Part shown: piece by piece, positions 14,973-29,766 of the stretch
Layout: each line of letters opens with the position of its first letter
How positions within the stretch are numbered: the first letter of the stretch is position 1
Program-made: the position numbers and the translations under genes
Source of the DNA: the human T2T-CHM13v2.0 reference genome, Homo sapiens
Assembly: GCF_009914755.1 (NCBI RefSeq)
Contig: NC_060945.1
Length of the DNA: 64,000 nt
Strand: one strand, 5' to 3'
Notes under the pieces: model-generated
What the model was told of the DNA's origin: nothing
The model's database searches: none
Seen by the model: only the letters and a program-made list of their open reading frames with translations

Positions 14973-16488
14973 CGAAGGGGAGATGTAGGACAGTGTCTCC
15001 AGTGAGTTCAGGGAAAGTGGGTGGCGTTTTTATTGATGGGGGAGACTTGAATGTCTTCACACGTGGGTATGAGATAAGATCCAGGTGTAGAAGGGAGGGT
15101 GAGAGTTTGTAAAGTTGGGAGCAGCTGGGATCCAGAGTGTGGATGGAGGGAGGAGTTATGGATGGGAAGAGGCAGGGTCAGGAAGGAGGTGGCTGTGAGG
15201 AGTTTGGTGGTGGGAGCAGAACAGGAAAGATACACCATGGCCTTTGATGTCAGGGGTGTCTGTCTGCTGAGAGTGAGGGAAGGAGACGGGATGGGCATTT
15301 GGGAAGGTCCCTAAGGGTTTGCCTGGGTTGGCATCAGATGTGCTGGCTCCCCAGGAGCCTCAGCTGGCTCAGCTCTGGTCACCTGGTTCACATTTCCAAG
15401 GATGAGAAATGTGAGGTGCCTGCTGCCCGGTGTACTAAGGCAGGAGCAGGGCCTGGGGAGAGGGAGGGCCTGGGGAGAGGGAGGGACTGGGCACACGCCC
15501 CCTACGGAGAGACCCTCAGACTTTTTACCAATGATGGCAACAACAGAAAGCAGTTTTCTGCTGACTGTCACGCAGGGGCCACCAGCATGAATTTAGAAAT
15601 CTACTCAAGAGGATGTTCAGGTAGAGCTTTGCCTAAAGAGAGGTTTTTATTTAGAAGGACCTGAGGGAAGGTCCATCTTTTCAACAGCAGCATGTGAGAA
15701 TTTGTGCAACACACATGTAGTATCGGAAACCTACAAATAATCAGGTTGGTCTTTTAAACTTCCTTTTCCCTCTAGGATAAAATGCAAACACAACAATAAT
15801 TAGGTGAGTTTAGGAGTTTATTAAAAGGATAAAAGTCTGCCTTACACACTGAGCTCACAGACATGGAGAACCTCCCTTTTTATGTTCCACGACACATCTA
15901 TGCACACTGACTTTCATGTCACATCCTTCTTAAACAGTCACCAATTCACCACTTTGGGCTGATGCCTGTGCAGGGTGCTAGGGGTACAAAAAATAAATGG
16001 AGGGCAGCCTCAACTTACCCCCCACCACACACTTTTAAGGAGCTCAAATATCTGCCCAGTGAGGTTGGTACTGAGAAAGGTCATCTCCTTGTTGGGCAAG
16101 CAGGGCCTTAGCGTCCTCCTGGTCCACTCAGGTCTGTTTACTGATGTCCAACCAGATGGCCTTTTGTGAGACCTCCTGGCTTGTTACCGAGGAGCTGGTG
16201 CTTGGACTAAGCCTCTCAGTGCAGTGTTCTTCCTATTAGGCCACGTCCCTTGCTCGCCCCAAATTTTCCTGTGATCCTAGGTCATTGAATAAGCCCAATT
16301 TTTACATGCTGCGGAATGGACACGCAAACACATCTAAGAATGGACCTTGACCAAGACGGACATCAGAAGCTTTTCCAGTTACTTCCATAGCAACAAGAAT
16401 GTCCCCTTCCCAGGTGCTCTGTAACTCCTTTTGGAAGCGTCTTCATTATTCTTGGCTCCATGCAAAGAACTCCCAGTCCTCTTCCTGG

Positions 16489-16575
16489 AAACGTCAGCAC
16501 CTTGGTGTTGAGGGTAAACTTTTGCTACAGAAAACGTCAGCACCTTGGTGTTGAGGGTTAACTTTTGCTACAGAA
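16489..16575. repeat. 43-bp tandem duplication (2 copies, 1 mismatch)
   Basis: aaacgtcagcaccttggtgttgagggt(a/t)aacttttgctacaga x2. Confidence 0.95.
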
Positions 16576-18069
16576 GTGGACAGAATGCCATCTGCTAACT
16601 CGAAGATGATGAGAGACCTTTCAAAGAGTATCAACTGGAGAAGAGAAGTAGAAGTTTCAATGAGGAATGTTCTGTCATCACATGACTAAACAGAGGAACA
16701 GACACAGGATTGGGTTGATACTAGATGGAGGTAAAATCAGTTCTAGTGGCTGTATCTTTCTCTGGCTGTTGCTTCACTTGGCATGTGCAAAGTGTATCTC
16801 TTAGAACTGTCATCAGTCACCTTGCTGGGCTGTGACGGAACCACCTTTCACCCTGGATGGGGAAACAGATGTTGAGGGTTGTTGGCGTGCTGCAGGCGTG
16901 TAGTGGATTTGTGTTCTACCAAGTGTGAGCAGTGGTTGCATGGACGACTGTGCTTCCACTCAGGGTGAGGGGCCTGGTTTTCCATACCTGGGGGTTGAAC
17001 CAGGATACCACACCATCAGTTTGCCATCTAGGAAGTTGCACCTTTATAAGACACTTATACTTTCGGCTCTGGAAACAGAAGCATCTTTTTAATACACTGC
17101 TAAAACATTTCTTCACAGAGTAGCAAGGGGACGTCCCCTCTATTTAGTGAGGTGGTCACCCTTAGGGGAACCTCAGAGAATGAAAGATTGAGGGAAACAT
17201 TGAATTAATTAATTGCTTGAGAATAAAACCCTTGTAGGCACACACAGCATGATAGGGAATGGCACCTCTCCTTTGGCTGTGATGCCCTCTGATGTCCAGT
17301 GGGCTTGGTGACCCACCTAGGTTGCGGTCTGGTCCAGGACTGCCATCCCCAAGGATCTTGGAGCAAGGACCCTTGCCCCTGGTGCCACCACACACATGAA
17401 TGTATGTGGCAGGTATTTTCTTCTCCATGGAAAGATGACCTCCTAGAGGCAGAGTCCAGCACTCTCTGGGTGATCCAGTGCTGAAGATGATAAACATTAT
17501 CTTTTCTTCTTAGAGTGGGGTTGAAGTTTCTGGGACACAAAGGGCTTTCTGGCTTTGTCAAGCTGGTCTTGAGAGATGAAACAGGCACCCCGCGCCATGT
17601 GCTAACAGTCACTTTTACCAAGTTTTCCATTTTTCTTCCTTTTTGATGGTGAGAGATTGAGAAGAGAGAGAAAGAAAAAAAATACCGTTCCCACCAAATT
17701 GCAAAAAGTTTGTGAGTCTAAGCTGTGACTTGTCCCTCTGGGGAGTCAGGGAGGGAGCTGGTGCTGCCCATGTCTGGTTTGTGCTTGTTGAGGATGGTAG
17801 AAAGCCTGGGATTTATACTTTTCTTGTGAGTTACCAAGCTGGCTTGTCTCAGTTTCATAGATGCTGGCAGAAGGCAGCATCAGAGATTGAGAATATCATT
17901 ACTCAAGTTATAGCAATGAGCGTGAGAGCCATATTCTCACCAGCTACCCATCCCTGCAGGGCCCTTGGGGTGAGGCAGAGCAGTCCAGTGGATGCTGTGT
18001 ACGCAGTGGGTTTGTGTCATAGCTGAGGAGCTCTAAGCTTAGGAAACCCTAAACTTTTTTTTTTCCAGT

Positions 18070-18380
18070 CGACAAATACTTGTAAGATGGCTATTGTGTG
18101 CCAGGGACTTTTCTAGGAACTATGGGCACAAGTAAACAAAACAAAGAATTATGTTCTTGTGAAGCTGACATCCTTGAGAGGAAAGACAGACAACAAAGAA
18201 TAACCATTATGAATAAATAAATTCTAGAGTGAGTTAGATGATAAGGGTATGGACAAGAGCTAAAGCAGATGTGGGGGGCAGGAATCCTGGGGGAGTTGTG
18301 GCATTGAATAGGGTGCTCATGGAGGCCCTCATTGAAAAGATGAGCTTGGACCAAAGATGAAGGAGCTGAGGGAGGCTGCC
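18070..18380. mobile_element. L2 3'-end fragment
   Basis: ctattgtgtgccagggact...gctgacat...gaggccctcattgaaaagatga pattern. Confidence 0.5.
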
Positions 18381-20226
18381 CCAGACCACCCAGATTCTAG
18401 GCAGAGACCAGAGAGGCTGTGACTCCTGATTGGCTGTGTCTAATGCCTAAGAAACTCTGGAAGGGGGTTGCTGGTACACCTGCCCAAATTTTGCCTCAGA
18501 TGGAGATGCTGTTTTTATTATCTAGGTCAGCCAACAAATCTGCCTTCTGCCCAGCAAGGAGACACTATCTCTATCTTCCAAGGCTATCTGCTATGCAAGC
18601 ATCCTTGAAAAAACAGCACAGAACAGAAACCATCAAAGCCTCTGCTCAAGAGACAGGCACAAATGCAATGACCCATGGGGGATGGTCTCCCCACAGGTAC
18701 ACTGACTCCCTTGATGGCACTCAGGTGACCCAAGTTAGCATCAGGCCTATCCAGTCTTCAGTCCCTGCTTGCCAGGGGGTGAGGAGATCAGCGAGGATCC
18801 TGTCCGCAGTTGCCATCTGACCCTGCTGTAGCTCTGGCTTGTCACTGCCACATATTCTTCAGGCTACTCAGTGACCCTGCCATCACAAGTCTCCTCCTCA
18901 AGCAAACAAACATCCCACAGCAAACAGACACAGCTTTTATGCAGGCCTGAAGATTCCTTCCTGGCTTAAACTCTTGTTAGGGATTACAACAGCTTGGTTT
19001 CCAAGACCTGCAGAAAATCTTTCTTTCACTGCAGCCACACTCTGCTGCCTCTCATGGACCACTTTGGAATAATGGGTGGAGAAGCAACATGGGCCTCGGG
19101 TGCCCTGGATATTAAACTGAGGATATTTAGTCTTTCCAGGTGCTCCTCAGAGAGCTGAGATACTCTCTACCACGTTCTTTAGAAAGTTAAAAGAGGACTT
19201 TTATGGACAAACTGTTAGTTTCCTTTGAACCTTTGGTGGGTAAGTGGTCTATAACACACTAGTCCTTTGGTTCCCAGTCTTATCCCAGTTTCAGAAGGCT
19301 GTGTGTCATTGCTGGAAATTGATTCATAGAGTTTCAGAGCTTCTCTAGAAGGCCTCAGCCATGTCCTTAAAAGTTGCATAAAACTTTTGGCATATGAGTG
19401 ATTCAGGGATCCTGACACCAGACCAGAGGGACCTCTACTGAGTGGTGATCTCCTGCTTGCGTAAAGAGCAATTTAAGCAACAGTGTGTTTTCTGTGTCGT
19501 AAGATAGTATCAAGGGTCTCTGCAGCAAGGGCCCAAAGATGATGGGTGGAATAAAAGCTTATCCGGTGTAGCTGGTAACCAGCTTCATGTCATGGCACTG
19601 GTCCATCTTTTCCCATCTCAACTGTTCCACCTTCTTCTCTTCAAGGGTAGACATGGTGGACGTGGATGCAAGATAGCAGGCATCAGGCAGATGTGAATGG
19701 CATGGAAAACCAGGCTCCTGGAGACATTGTGAGTGCTGAGTCCTGCGAGGCTTACTGGCTGCGTATTAAGAGAAGGCCTTGCTTAGTCCAGGAGGGTGGG
19801 CATTTTCCAGGCTGCCAGCCAGATGGATGCTGAGGAGGAAACCCAGTCCACTGATTCAACAGCTATTGTCCATGTACCCTATAGATATTGACCAGAGGAT
19901 AGAGAATTTATTTGAGTTTCACCATTCCAACATAGAATAATCTGTGTGCAGATTTGGGCTAATACGGTGACTTCCACAAAACAAATCAGACAGGTAGAGG
20001 TCTAGAGGAAGATTAATTATTATTACTGTCAATAACAGTCGTTTTAGTATACACTACCCTTTAATCTGCAGCCCCTGGAAGACAGCAATAATAGACCCCT
20101 ATCTGAACTGGAAGGAGGTGATCTTTTGAGACAATTGTTTGTGTGTTAAACTGATTTTAATGAGTATTTTTAAGGCAGGAGTCTTGAAAGCAATCCATTC
20201 TAGAGGCAGACATAATGTAGAATTTT

Positions 20227-20232
20227 TTTATT
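20227..20232 (-). terminator. Distal polyadenylation signal AATAAA
   Basis: Minus strand reads TGTACAAAAATAAA: a UGUA (CFIm) motif directly upstream of the hexamer. Confidence 0.65.
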
Positions 20233-21123
20233 TTTGTACAGGTTGAGAGAAAAATGTTAAAAAGGTAAACTTCTATGTTTGGGGGATATAGAAGTTTTAG
20301 GTTGATGAAAGATAGACTTTTAATTTTTTCCCCCAGAAAGTAACATTTCTTTTGCATAAAAAAAAAACAGTCTGAGAGTATGCAAACAGTACACGTCAAC
20401 ACGGATTACATTCTGAAACCATGGATGCACACCTCACATTCCTGGAGTCATCTAACACTAGCATCAGCAGGTGGTCTTGACATGGTCCTGGACCCATTCT
20501 GTGTCACTGAATCTAAGCAGACAAATGGGCCTGCCTGGAAAATAAATAGAAGGAAGAAAGGATGGGAAAGAAGGAGGGAGGGAGGGAAGGAAAGACATTT
20601 CTGAATATGTTCCCAAGATGGTAATAACTGGCACCAGTCTATGTTGGTGGCCTTAATGGAAGCCTGTAGAGAATCTTCAGCCTGGGAGACTGAGCAGCTG
20701 TGGATATTTGATCATGTTTTCTGGTTAATGCCAAATCTCTGACACAAAGACCTGGTTATCTTTCCATTTTATGGAAGTGAGCCTGGAATGGAGTGTTGCA
20801 GCCAGGGGAGGATTACATCCTCTTTCAAAAGCAAACCCTGTGAGGGTTGTGGGATAAAGAATGCAGTTCCGACTATTTATGAGTAAATTCTCTCTTAGGA
20901 TGAGCCACATGGGAGATAAAGTGAGGGAAAGGAAAGTAAAAACTTAGATTTTAGAGGAACATCACTTTCCTCTGGTTACAGAGGATTCAGGCAATGTTTA
21001 TTAAGATGGTCTATCACAAATTTGCATACCAGGCATAGTGGAGATAGGAAAAGTCATGGAGGGTAAGACGCACGATCTTGCCCCTTGTCACGCAAGCTGG
21101 GGCTACATTTCAGACTCCAGAGC

Positions 21124-21342
21124 AAGGGTCTGGCAAATGTTTCCTGTAATGGGCCAGGTAATAAATATTTTAGGCTTCATGGGCTATACCATCTCTGCTG
21201 CAACTATTCAGCTCTACCATTGTGCCATGAAAGCAGCCATAGACAATAGCAAATAGTGCATGTGGCCTTGTTTCAATAAAACTTTATTTAAAAAACAGCA
21301 GGAGGCTGGATTTGGCCCATAGGCCACAGTCAGTTGAACTCT
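21124..21342. mobile_element. MER58A (hAT-Charlie) inside the long DSCAM 3' UTR
   Basis: ggccaggtaataaatattttaggctt...aaagcagccatagacaata...aataaaactttattta. Confidence 0.85.
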
Positions 21343-21648
21343 GGCCATGGGCAGGCAAGGGGCAGAGCTTTGCGACGGGCTTCGAATACTTGGGCTGGCC
21401 TCTGGTTGCGGTGGAGACCAGCCTGCATTTTGTCCTCTCCAGCTTGAGAGCAGGAGCTGCACCTTCTTTGTGCTTCCTGGAGATTCCTGAGGAGTTCAGG
21501 GTGTTAGTATCGACTCTGGTTTATTGAATTGGGCTCTGGGTTCAGGCCTGGTGTTTCCAAACAGAAGTGTCAATGGGAAGGAGGACCAGGCCACTGGCAG
21601 AAGACGAGAGAAGCAGACATGGAAATAAAGGCAGACAACCTTTTCTTT

Positions 21649-21654
21649 TTTATT
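21649..21654 (-). terminator. Proximal polyadenylation signal AATAAA
   Basis: tttatt on the + strand about 600 nt after the stop, followed on the minus strand by GU/U-rich sequence. Confidence 0.7.
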
Positions 21655-22247
21655 TCGCTTAGACAAAATGCAAAGAGTGTCTCATTAAATTAAAAAAGAA
21701 ACAAGAGAGAAAACCAAATTGATTCCCCCCACCCCTTCACTGACGGCACTCATCCTAATTAACAACAAAAGAAGACCAAATTGAGAACCCGGTTTCTAAT
21801 GGGAAAGAAAGGTGTGCAAACGTGACTGAAGTTTTCCCCTGCCCGCAAATCGGTGTTCCTTTTAAATTCACAAATAGGCTGATTTCCCACCCACCCTGTT
21901 TTCTTTCTTGCCTCTTGTGTGATAGAACTTCCAGTCAGAAGGTTTAATTAATCCCCCCATGCACTTTTGTAGAAAATCAGTAAAAATGCAATAGCCTGTG
22001 AAGATCATAAAACTGGACTTCTTTCCCAAAAAATCAGATGCCCAGGCGGATGGAGCTCACACTCAGACAGAAAAAAAGCAGGAGAGTCTTTGCACTGTCT
22101 GTGGTTTCAGTATTTTCTCTTTTTTTTTTTTTTAATATATTTTGGCAATTTTCTTTAATTATAAATATTGGAATTCCGTAAAAAAAAGGTAGCTTTGATT
22201 GAATTGTTTGAATTGTATTTACAACCGCTGTCCAGTCATGCTGTCTG

Positions 22248-22634
<387 letters not shown>

Positions 22635-23320
22635 TCATTTGGTAAACATGGGCAGAATGTCCTGTGTGCACACGGGAAGCCATGCGGGCTTTAGAGATGA
22701 GAATGCCGCTGCACACAGGTGCCTTTCTCAAGATCCTCCTTCAGCGCTCACCACAAAGACAGGTGGAATCGTCCTCCTACCTCCTCCCTGGGCGCGGGAG
22801 GAGCTCATTTTCCTACAGTACTTACTTACTTGTATTAACTTACTTGTACAGAAATGGAGGAATGGAGGTAACAGAATCCTTCAACACACCATCGTTGAAA
22901 GAAAAACATACATCAAAGGCATCAGTGTCCACTGGGTACGAACGGTGATAGACCAAACCCCGCATGTGATTGGAAGTACAGGGAGAGCACAGGGTTTGAG
23001 GAGAGAGCCAGGGACGCCAAGCGAAGATGGACAGCTGGCTCTCGTCCTGGCAATTCTATGAAACCTTGTGACCTTGGCCAGCCACTTAGTTATGGGTCTT
23101 CATGATGGCTTTGGGTGAAAGCGCCACAGCTTATGGCCTTCTTACCAGGCCCTGCCTACCTGCTAACTTCTGCGTGGCTCTTCTGTTTCAGCCATGCTGT
23201 GTATAGAGATGACAGCAGCTTAGACCAGAATTCTAGTGTTTCTACTTCCTGCTTATGGTCACTCTGGCTTCTGTGGTGCCACGCAAACATAACCTCAGGT
23301 CTCCTTCAAGAGCATCTGCT

Positions 23321-24029
<709 letters not shown>

Positions 24030-24631
24030 GCTTCTTTCACCATCAGCTACTGAAAGGTCACCCTGACCTCTCATTGCCAAATTCTCTGGTTTCCTCTTCG
24101 TCCTCTTCCTACCTGTATTACTATAGCATTTGATGCCGTTGATATTTTTGTTGTTGGCCCTTTCAGCTGCCAGGGCACTGTGGTCTTCCAGATCTCTGCC
24201 TACATTTCTGGCCACCCTTTCTCACTTTCCTTGACTGGATCCTTTTCTCTGTCTTTCCTCTAAATACGGAGTGTTCAGTGGCCTGCTCTCAGGCCTCTCT
24301 CGGAAGGCTTGGCTGCTTTCCTCATTGCTTTATAAATAACATTCCCATCTATCTTTTCCATTTTGCTCTTTCTCCTGAGCCCTAGATGTGAATTTTAGGT
24401 GCTTTGCTAGGCATTTCCACACGAGTGTCCATCTGGAATTCTGAAGGCCACAGTCTACCAATTCAGTTAATGAAGGCCAACCCCATCCCCTCCCAATCCC
24501 AAATACTGCTTCTCTCCTGTGTGCTCCATCTTGTGTAACATTATCACCATCCTTCCATCCTTGAAACCTCAGAGGTTTCACTGACACCTTTCTCTCCAGG
24601 TTAATTCTACCGGCAAAATATCTCTTGACTC

Positions 24632-24942
24632 TTTTTTTTTTTTCTTTTTTAAACAAGAAGAGATAGAGTCTTGCTCTGTTGCCCAGGCTAGAGTGCAATG
24701 GTGCATTCATGGCTCACTGTAGCCTCAAACTCCTGGGCTCAAGCAAACCTTCCACCTCAGCCTCCAGAGTAGCTAGGGCTACAGTTACATACCACCATGC
24801 CTGGCTAATTATTATTCTTAAAATATTCTGGAGACACAGGGTCTTGCTTGGTTTCCCAGGCTGGTCTCAAACTCTTGAACTCAAGTGATGCTCCTGCCTC
24901 AGCTTCTCAAAGCACTGGGATTACAGACATGAGCCACCTGGC
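24632..24942 (-). mobile_element. AluJ
   Basis: Diverged reverse Alu with J-type ctcctgggctcaagc. Confidence 0.88.
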
Positions 24943-26063
24943 CTTGACTCCTTCTCATTCCCATCTTCAGGGCCCTGTTTCAAGGCTTTAATATATCCCA
25001 TCACCTCCTTGCAAAGCATGAGCACAATTAGGGCCCAGCCACCAGGTCCACTTTGCAACCAACACTGCCTGACTTGAGCTGGACTGACGCTGGGTCTGAG
25101 TTTCTGCTGTTTTGGTACAGACAGTGTGCCTTATCCAGCCCAGTGCTTCCCACTTTTTGAGGAACAGGCAGACAAGGGGTATTTGTGCAGTACACTGGGA
25201 TGAACCCAGGGAGCTGTTTCTGGCCACCTTGAGGTCTGAAGGACTCACCATCTTGGCACACCTGTAACTCGTGACATACCAGGTGCAAAACTCTGTCTAG
25301 AGAATGGGCTGGTGGTGTGTGGTCCTGGAGCGAGGGCCCAGGGTAAAGGATGTGCAGGGAGAGAGATATGATGATGGTCTGAGCTCAGGAGCAGCTGTGG
25401 GATGTGAGAGAGGGAATTAAATTGTGAGATATGAAGGGGGTCCAAGGAAGGTGGCTTCAGAGTCAATGACAAGTGGGAGTGGTGACAGAGGAGAAGGGGT
25501 TAGGGGTGACTCCTTCCCAGGCTCTAAGCTCAGGAAACTGTGTGGACAGTGAAATCACTAACTGTGAAAGGGTGTATAGGGGAAAGATCGTACTTTGATG
25601 ACAAAAGATGAAGGGTTTAGTTTCAGACCTGCTGAGTTTGATGCAGCTGGGGACATTCAAGACAAGATATCTAGTAGGTATTTTTATCATAGAAACGTAG
25701 CTCTAGGATGACTCACTGCTCGTTTTCTGAGTCTAAAGTAACTGAACATTCTTGTTTCTTTTGCTTCAAAATATCCCCTGCTTTCCTTATGTTACTGTAT
25801 GCTAACAATAATTAATTGAGCCTTCCTCATCCAGCCCCTTTGGACCCATAGGCCCCGAAGGTGCAGGCTGAGGGGATCTGAGACCACCTGAGCCAAGTGA
25901 GGGCTGCCATTAGCCAGCTGCTCTGCTAGCGGGGCAATGAAAGTGATATGTGTTTAGACAGTGTTTAAAGCCTGAACCTTAGGAAACACCTTCAAGTTTA
26001 CCCACAGAAAAAGAACAACCAGCATAACAGAAGGAAAGGACTATTCAAGAGTATAAGAGAACT

Positions 26064-26332
26064 GGCCTGTAATCCCCGCCCACTTTGGGAGGCCTAGGCA
26101 ATGGATCACCTGAGGTCAGGTGTTCGAGACCAGCCAGGCCAAAATGGGGAAACCCCGTCTCTACTGAAAATAGAAAAATCAGCTGGACGTGGTGGTACAC
26201 GCCTGTAATCCCAGCTACTCAGGAGGCTGAGGCAGGAGAATCTTTTGAACCTGCGCATTGGAGGTTGCTGCACGATTGCACTCTATCCTGGGCAACAAGG
26301 ATGAAACTCCATCTCAAAAAAAAAAAAAAAAA
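26064..26332 (+). mobile_element. Alu (AluS-like), 5'-truncated
   Basis: TSD agtataagagaact on both sides. Confidence 0.9.
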
Positions 26333-26776
26333 GTATAAGAGAACTAAAAATAAATATGGCCAAATCAAGCCCTAAAAATGCATTTTATACAATTTAAATG
26401 AGCATACAAATTTTCAAAATGTTATTACCCGTCTTGAAAATTTTTTTCCGCGAACAACAGGAGCAATGACCTTATTTTTGGGAAATGCAGCAAATGATTT
26501 CTTTGTCATTGTGTTATTACATTGTTGCACCACTTGGGATTTATGATTCAAAACTCCATTTAGCTTTTTCAGGATATCTTTATTCTACTAAGTGATGATG
26601 AGTAGTTATATGATTTCACTGGGAATGGCAGCATGTAATTCACTAAATGACCCCAGCGACACTGGACTGGGCTCACTGAAATTAAAGGCATTCTAATTCA
26701 ACGTTGGCTTCCTACTGTCAACTGGATCCAAGGGAAGCTCAGTAATAAATACCTAGACAATAAATGGGCCATAACA

Positions 26777-27062
26777 TTTTTTTTTTTTTGAGATGGAGTT
26801 TTGCTCTTGTCGCCCAGGCTGGAGTGCAACTCGGTTCGCCACAACCTCCACCTCCCGGTTCAAGCGATTCTCCCCCCTCAGCCTCCTGAGTAGCTGGGAT
26901 TACAGGCATGCACCACCACGCCTGGCTAATTTTTGTATTTTTAGTAGAGACAGGGTTTCTCCATGTTGGTCAGGCTGGTCTCATATTCCTGACCTCGGGT
27001 GATCCACCCGCCTCAGCCTCCCAAAGTGTTGGGATTACAGGCGTGAGCCACCGCACCTGGCC
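26777..27062 (-). mobile_element. Alu (AluSp/Sq-like)
   Basis: Reverse Alu; TSD ccataacatt. Confidence 0.92.
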
Positions 27063-29217
27063 CATAACATTCTTATAGGAAGGAATTACATAATTTGGCA
27101 TTCTTGTAAAAAGGGTTTTGGTAACTTGATGCATCTGAACTTTGGCTTAGAAAAATATAATGGCATGAGGCCTACCCATTATAGACACTAATGTGGAGGG
27201 TTCAGGAATCTCTTGCCATATAGAATAGCTTTGTTCCTGAAAGAATTTGAGTTTTTAAAACTTTATGAAACTTGATGGCATTGAAAATTACTAATGTTCG
27301 TTTATGGTAGTTATTCTTCAGTCTTCTCTAACCAGGGATTATTTGCAAAAAAAGTGATGAAAGCATTAACAGAGCTGTCATTAAGAAAAAATTGAATAAT
27401 TCTTTTGTAATGTGAACATCCTTTTGTATGTGAATCAATACACCTTAATTGACCAGTCTTGCGATTTGTAGTTTTATACATTCAATCTCCTGAAAGTGAT
27501 TATGTCTTTATTCCTAAGAATCTGATAAACAAATTGTTAATTTTATTATTTATTTATTTTAAATTTTAAATTATTTTTATTCAATATTATTTTTATCATG
27601 TTGTTTGTATATTTGAGGAAATGGGACAGACATTTACCTCCAGGGTTCTTTAAATATATAGGTCAAGAATGCCTCATGCTCTTTCTGAGACCCGACTCAA
27701 TCACGAACGCTTGACATATTTGTAATGTGTTGCAACAGATTTGGGGATAAATCTCTATTTTAGTGACTCCCCATTGAATGCACAGGGCTTATTAAACCTC
27801 CACAAAGTAATAGCATTGTGGTCCCGGCTGGACTGCAGAATGCGCAGGTCTTAGATTGGAAGGAAGAAACGTGTTTGAAATCAAAAGATAGGACTCATAA
27901 TATCTGCATCCTGCCTGCAGGGGCTCCCACTTCAGATGTAGTTATCAAGAGGGCTCCAGTCACTGAAATGGACAGATGAGAAATAAAAATCCTTCCTAAT
28001 GGAAACAGCTCAGTGTTACATCTTTACATGCAATGCCTACATGTATTTGTTTATTGCAGGTCTGACAAGTATCTCTGAATATCCAATATCTCTGATTGAT
28101 CCAGTTTTTCAGGCAAAGCTCTACAAAGTTGTGTGATTCTCTAATTAGCTCCCTTCAACAATGTGTATTTTCTGATTAGCGTCCAAAGTAGCCCTTTCAA
28201 CTGTGTGCGTGCTGCAAATGAGTTCTCTCAATAATTAATGCACTTACAGAGAAGAGAGCACCAGAGTAGTCAGCGGTAAGCTCTGTTATTACAGGCACTT
28301 ATGTTCTTTAAAACCCCAGCCCATGTGCTCATCAACAAAGCCTCTGAGGACCTGGATTCTCTAATTGTCCTCCTATATGCTTAAGATGCCTACACATAGC
28401 AAGACAACTCATGCAGTTATTGATCCAGAAAGAGACACATGATGTGTGAGACTGTGGTGACCATGGGGACATTGGCACAGCATTCCCCAGTGCCCTGCCT
28501 GCCATCTGCCTGTGTCACATGGGAGAAACCAGCCCTTGGCTTTAATTGTGGTGATGAGGAATAGAGGCCAGGATAACATTGCCTGCATTTATCTGACAGG
28601 TCTAGATCTGGGCTCAGTTTCCTTATCCATAAAATGGGAGTAATAGCAGAATCTAGCATAGAGGGCTGTGGTGAAGAGTAACTTAGATAATGCATGTGAA
28701 AGCTTTCCCTGGATTAAGGAATCTGTTTCCACAGGGAGCAGGGCCTTCTTGGGTGTGTCTGGTACTCCCCAGCTCACCTGCCCCACAGCTTACCATTCAG
28801 GACCCTCTCCAGTTCTCCCATGCAGTGAAAAGTAGCAGGGATCCAGAAGAAGTCCAAGGATCCTTTGTGCTTTGAACTCCAGGGTCACCATATTGGGTCA
28901 CCATGTCATGGGTACTCACCTCCACTGGGTGCAAATGCCCTCGGCATCCCTGTGTGTAAATCTATCATTGCCATAAACACTGGCAAAGGCAAATGCCCAG
29001 TCTTAGTACTTGTTTCAGTAAAACCAGCTATGACAAAATTCACTTATATTTTTGGCAATGATTTCCATACTCTATGGTGTCACTTCACTTCCTCTGCTTT
29101 GCTTCCCTCAACCTTTCTCCACATTTCCCCCCTTCCCCTTCTCCCTCCTTCTTTCCCTTCCTCCTGTCTCTTTATCTCTTTCTCTCATTCCCTCCATTCT
29201 TTCCTTTATTTTCCTTC

Positions 29218-29556
29218 TAATATAGTTTGGCTGTGTCCCCACCCAAATCTCTTCTTGAATTGTAGCTCCCATAATTCCCATGTGTTGTAGGAGGGACCCA
29301 GTGGGAAGTAATTGAATCATGGCAGTGGTTTCCCCCATACTGTTCTCATGGTAGTGGATGAGTCTCACAAGGTCTGATGGCTTTATAAGGGGTTGCCCCA
29401 TTCACTTGGCTCTCATTTTTCTCTTGCCTGCCACCATATAAGATGTGCCTGTCACCTTCCGCCATGATTGTGAGGCTTCCCCAGCCACATGGAACTGTGA
29501 GTCCATTAAATCTCTTCTTTATAAATTACCCAGTCTCAGGTAACATGAAAACTAAC
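29218..29556 (+). mobile_element. THE1 (ERVL-MaLR) solo LTR
   Basis: tagtttggctgtgtccccacccaaatctc...ataaattacccagtctcagg; similar to the 9811 copy. Confidence 0.88.
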
Positions 29557-29721
29557 TTCCTTCCTTCCTTCCTTCTTTTCCTTGTTTTGTTTCCCTTGTG
29601 CTAAAACTTCTATCCACGAAATCAAAGGCATAGAAAAGGGGTAAAAACATGAAGCAGGGGAGGGACAAAGAGGTAGCTGAGTGCAATAAGACAGCAAGCA
29701 GGGCATACACATCAAGAAAAG

Positions 29722-29725
29722 TGTG

Positions 29726-29763
<38 letters not shown>

Positions 29764-29766
29764 AGA
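29722..29766. repeat. Compound (TG)n(AG)n microsatellite
   Basis: Direct reading. Confidence 0.9.

Larger units (their letters stand above)
20205..22247 (-). other. DSCAM: DSCAM 3' UTR (short form ends near 21630, long form near 20210)
   Basis: AU-rich sequence after the stop codon, bounded by AATAAA hexamers; exact cleavage sites inferred. Confidence 0.7.

Noticed and set aside
16489-16575. CRISPR-like repeat
   Set aside because: Only two adjacent copies with no spacer, in a mammalian context
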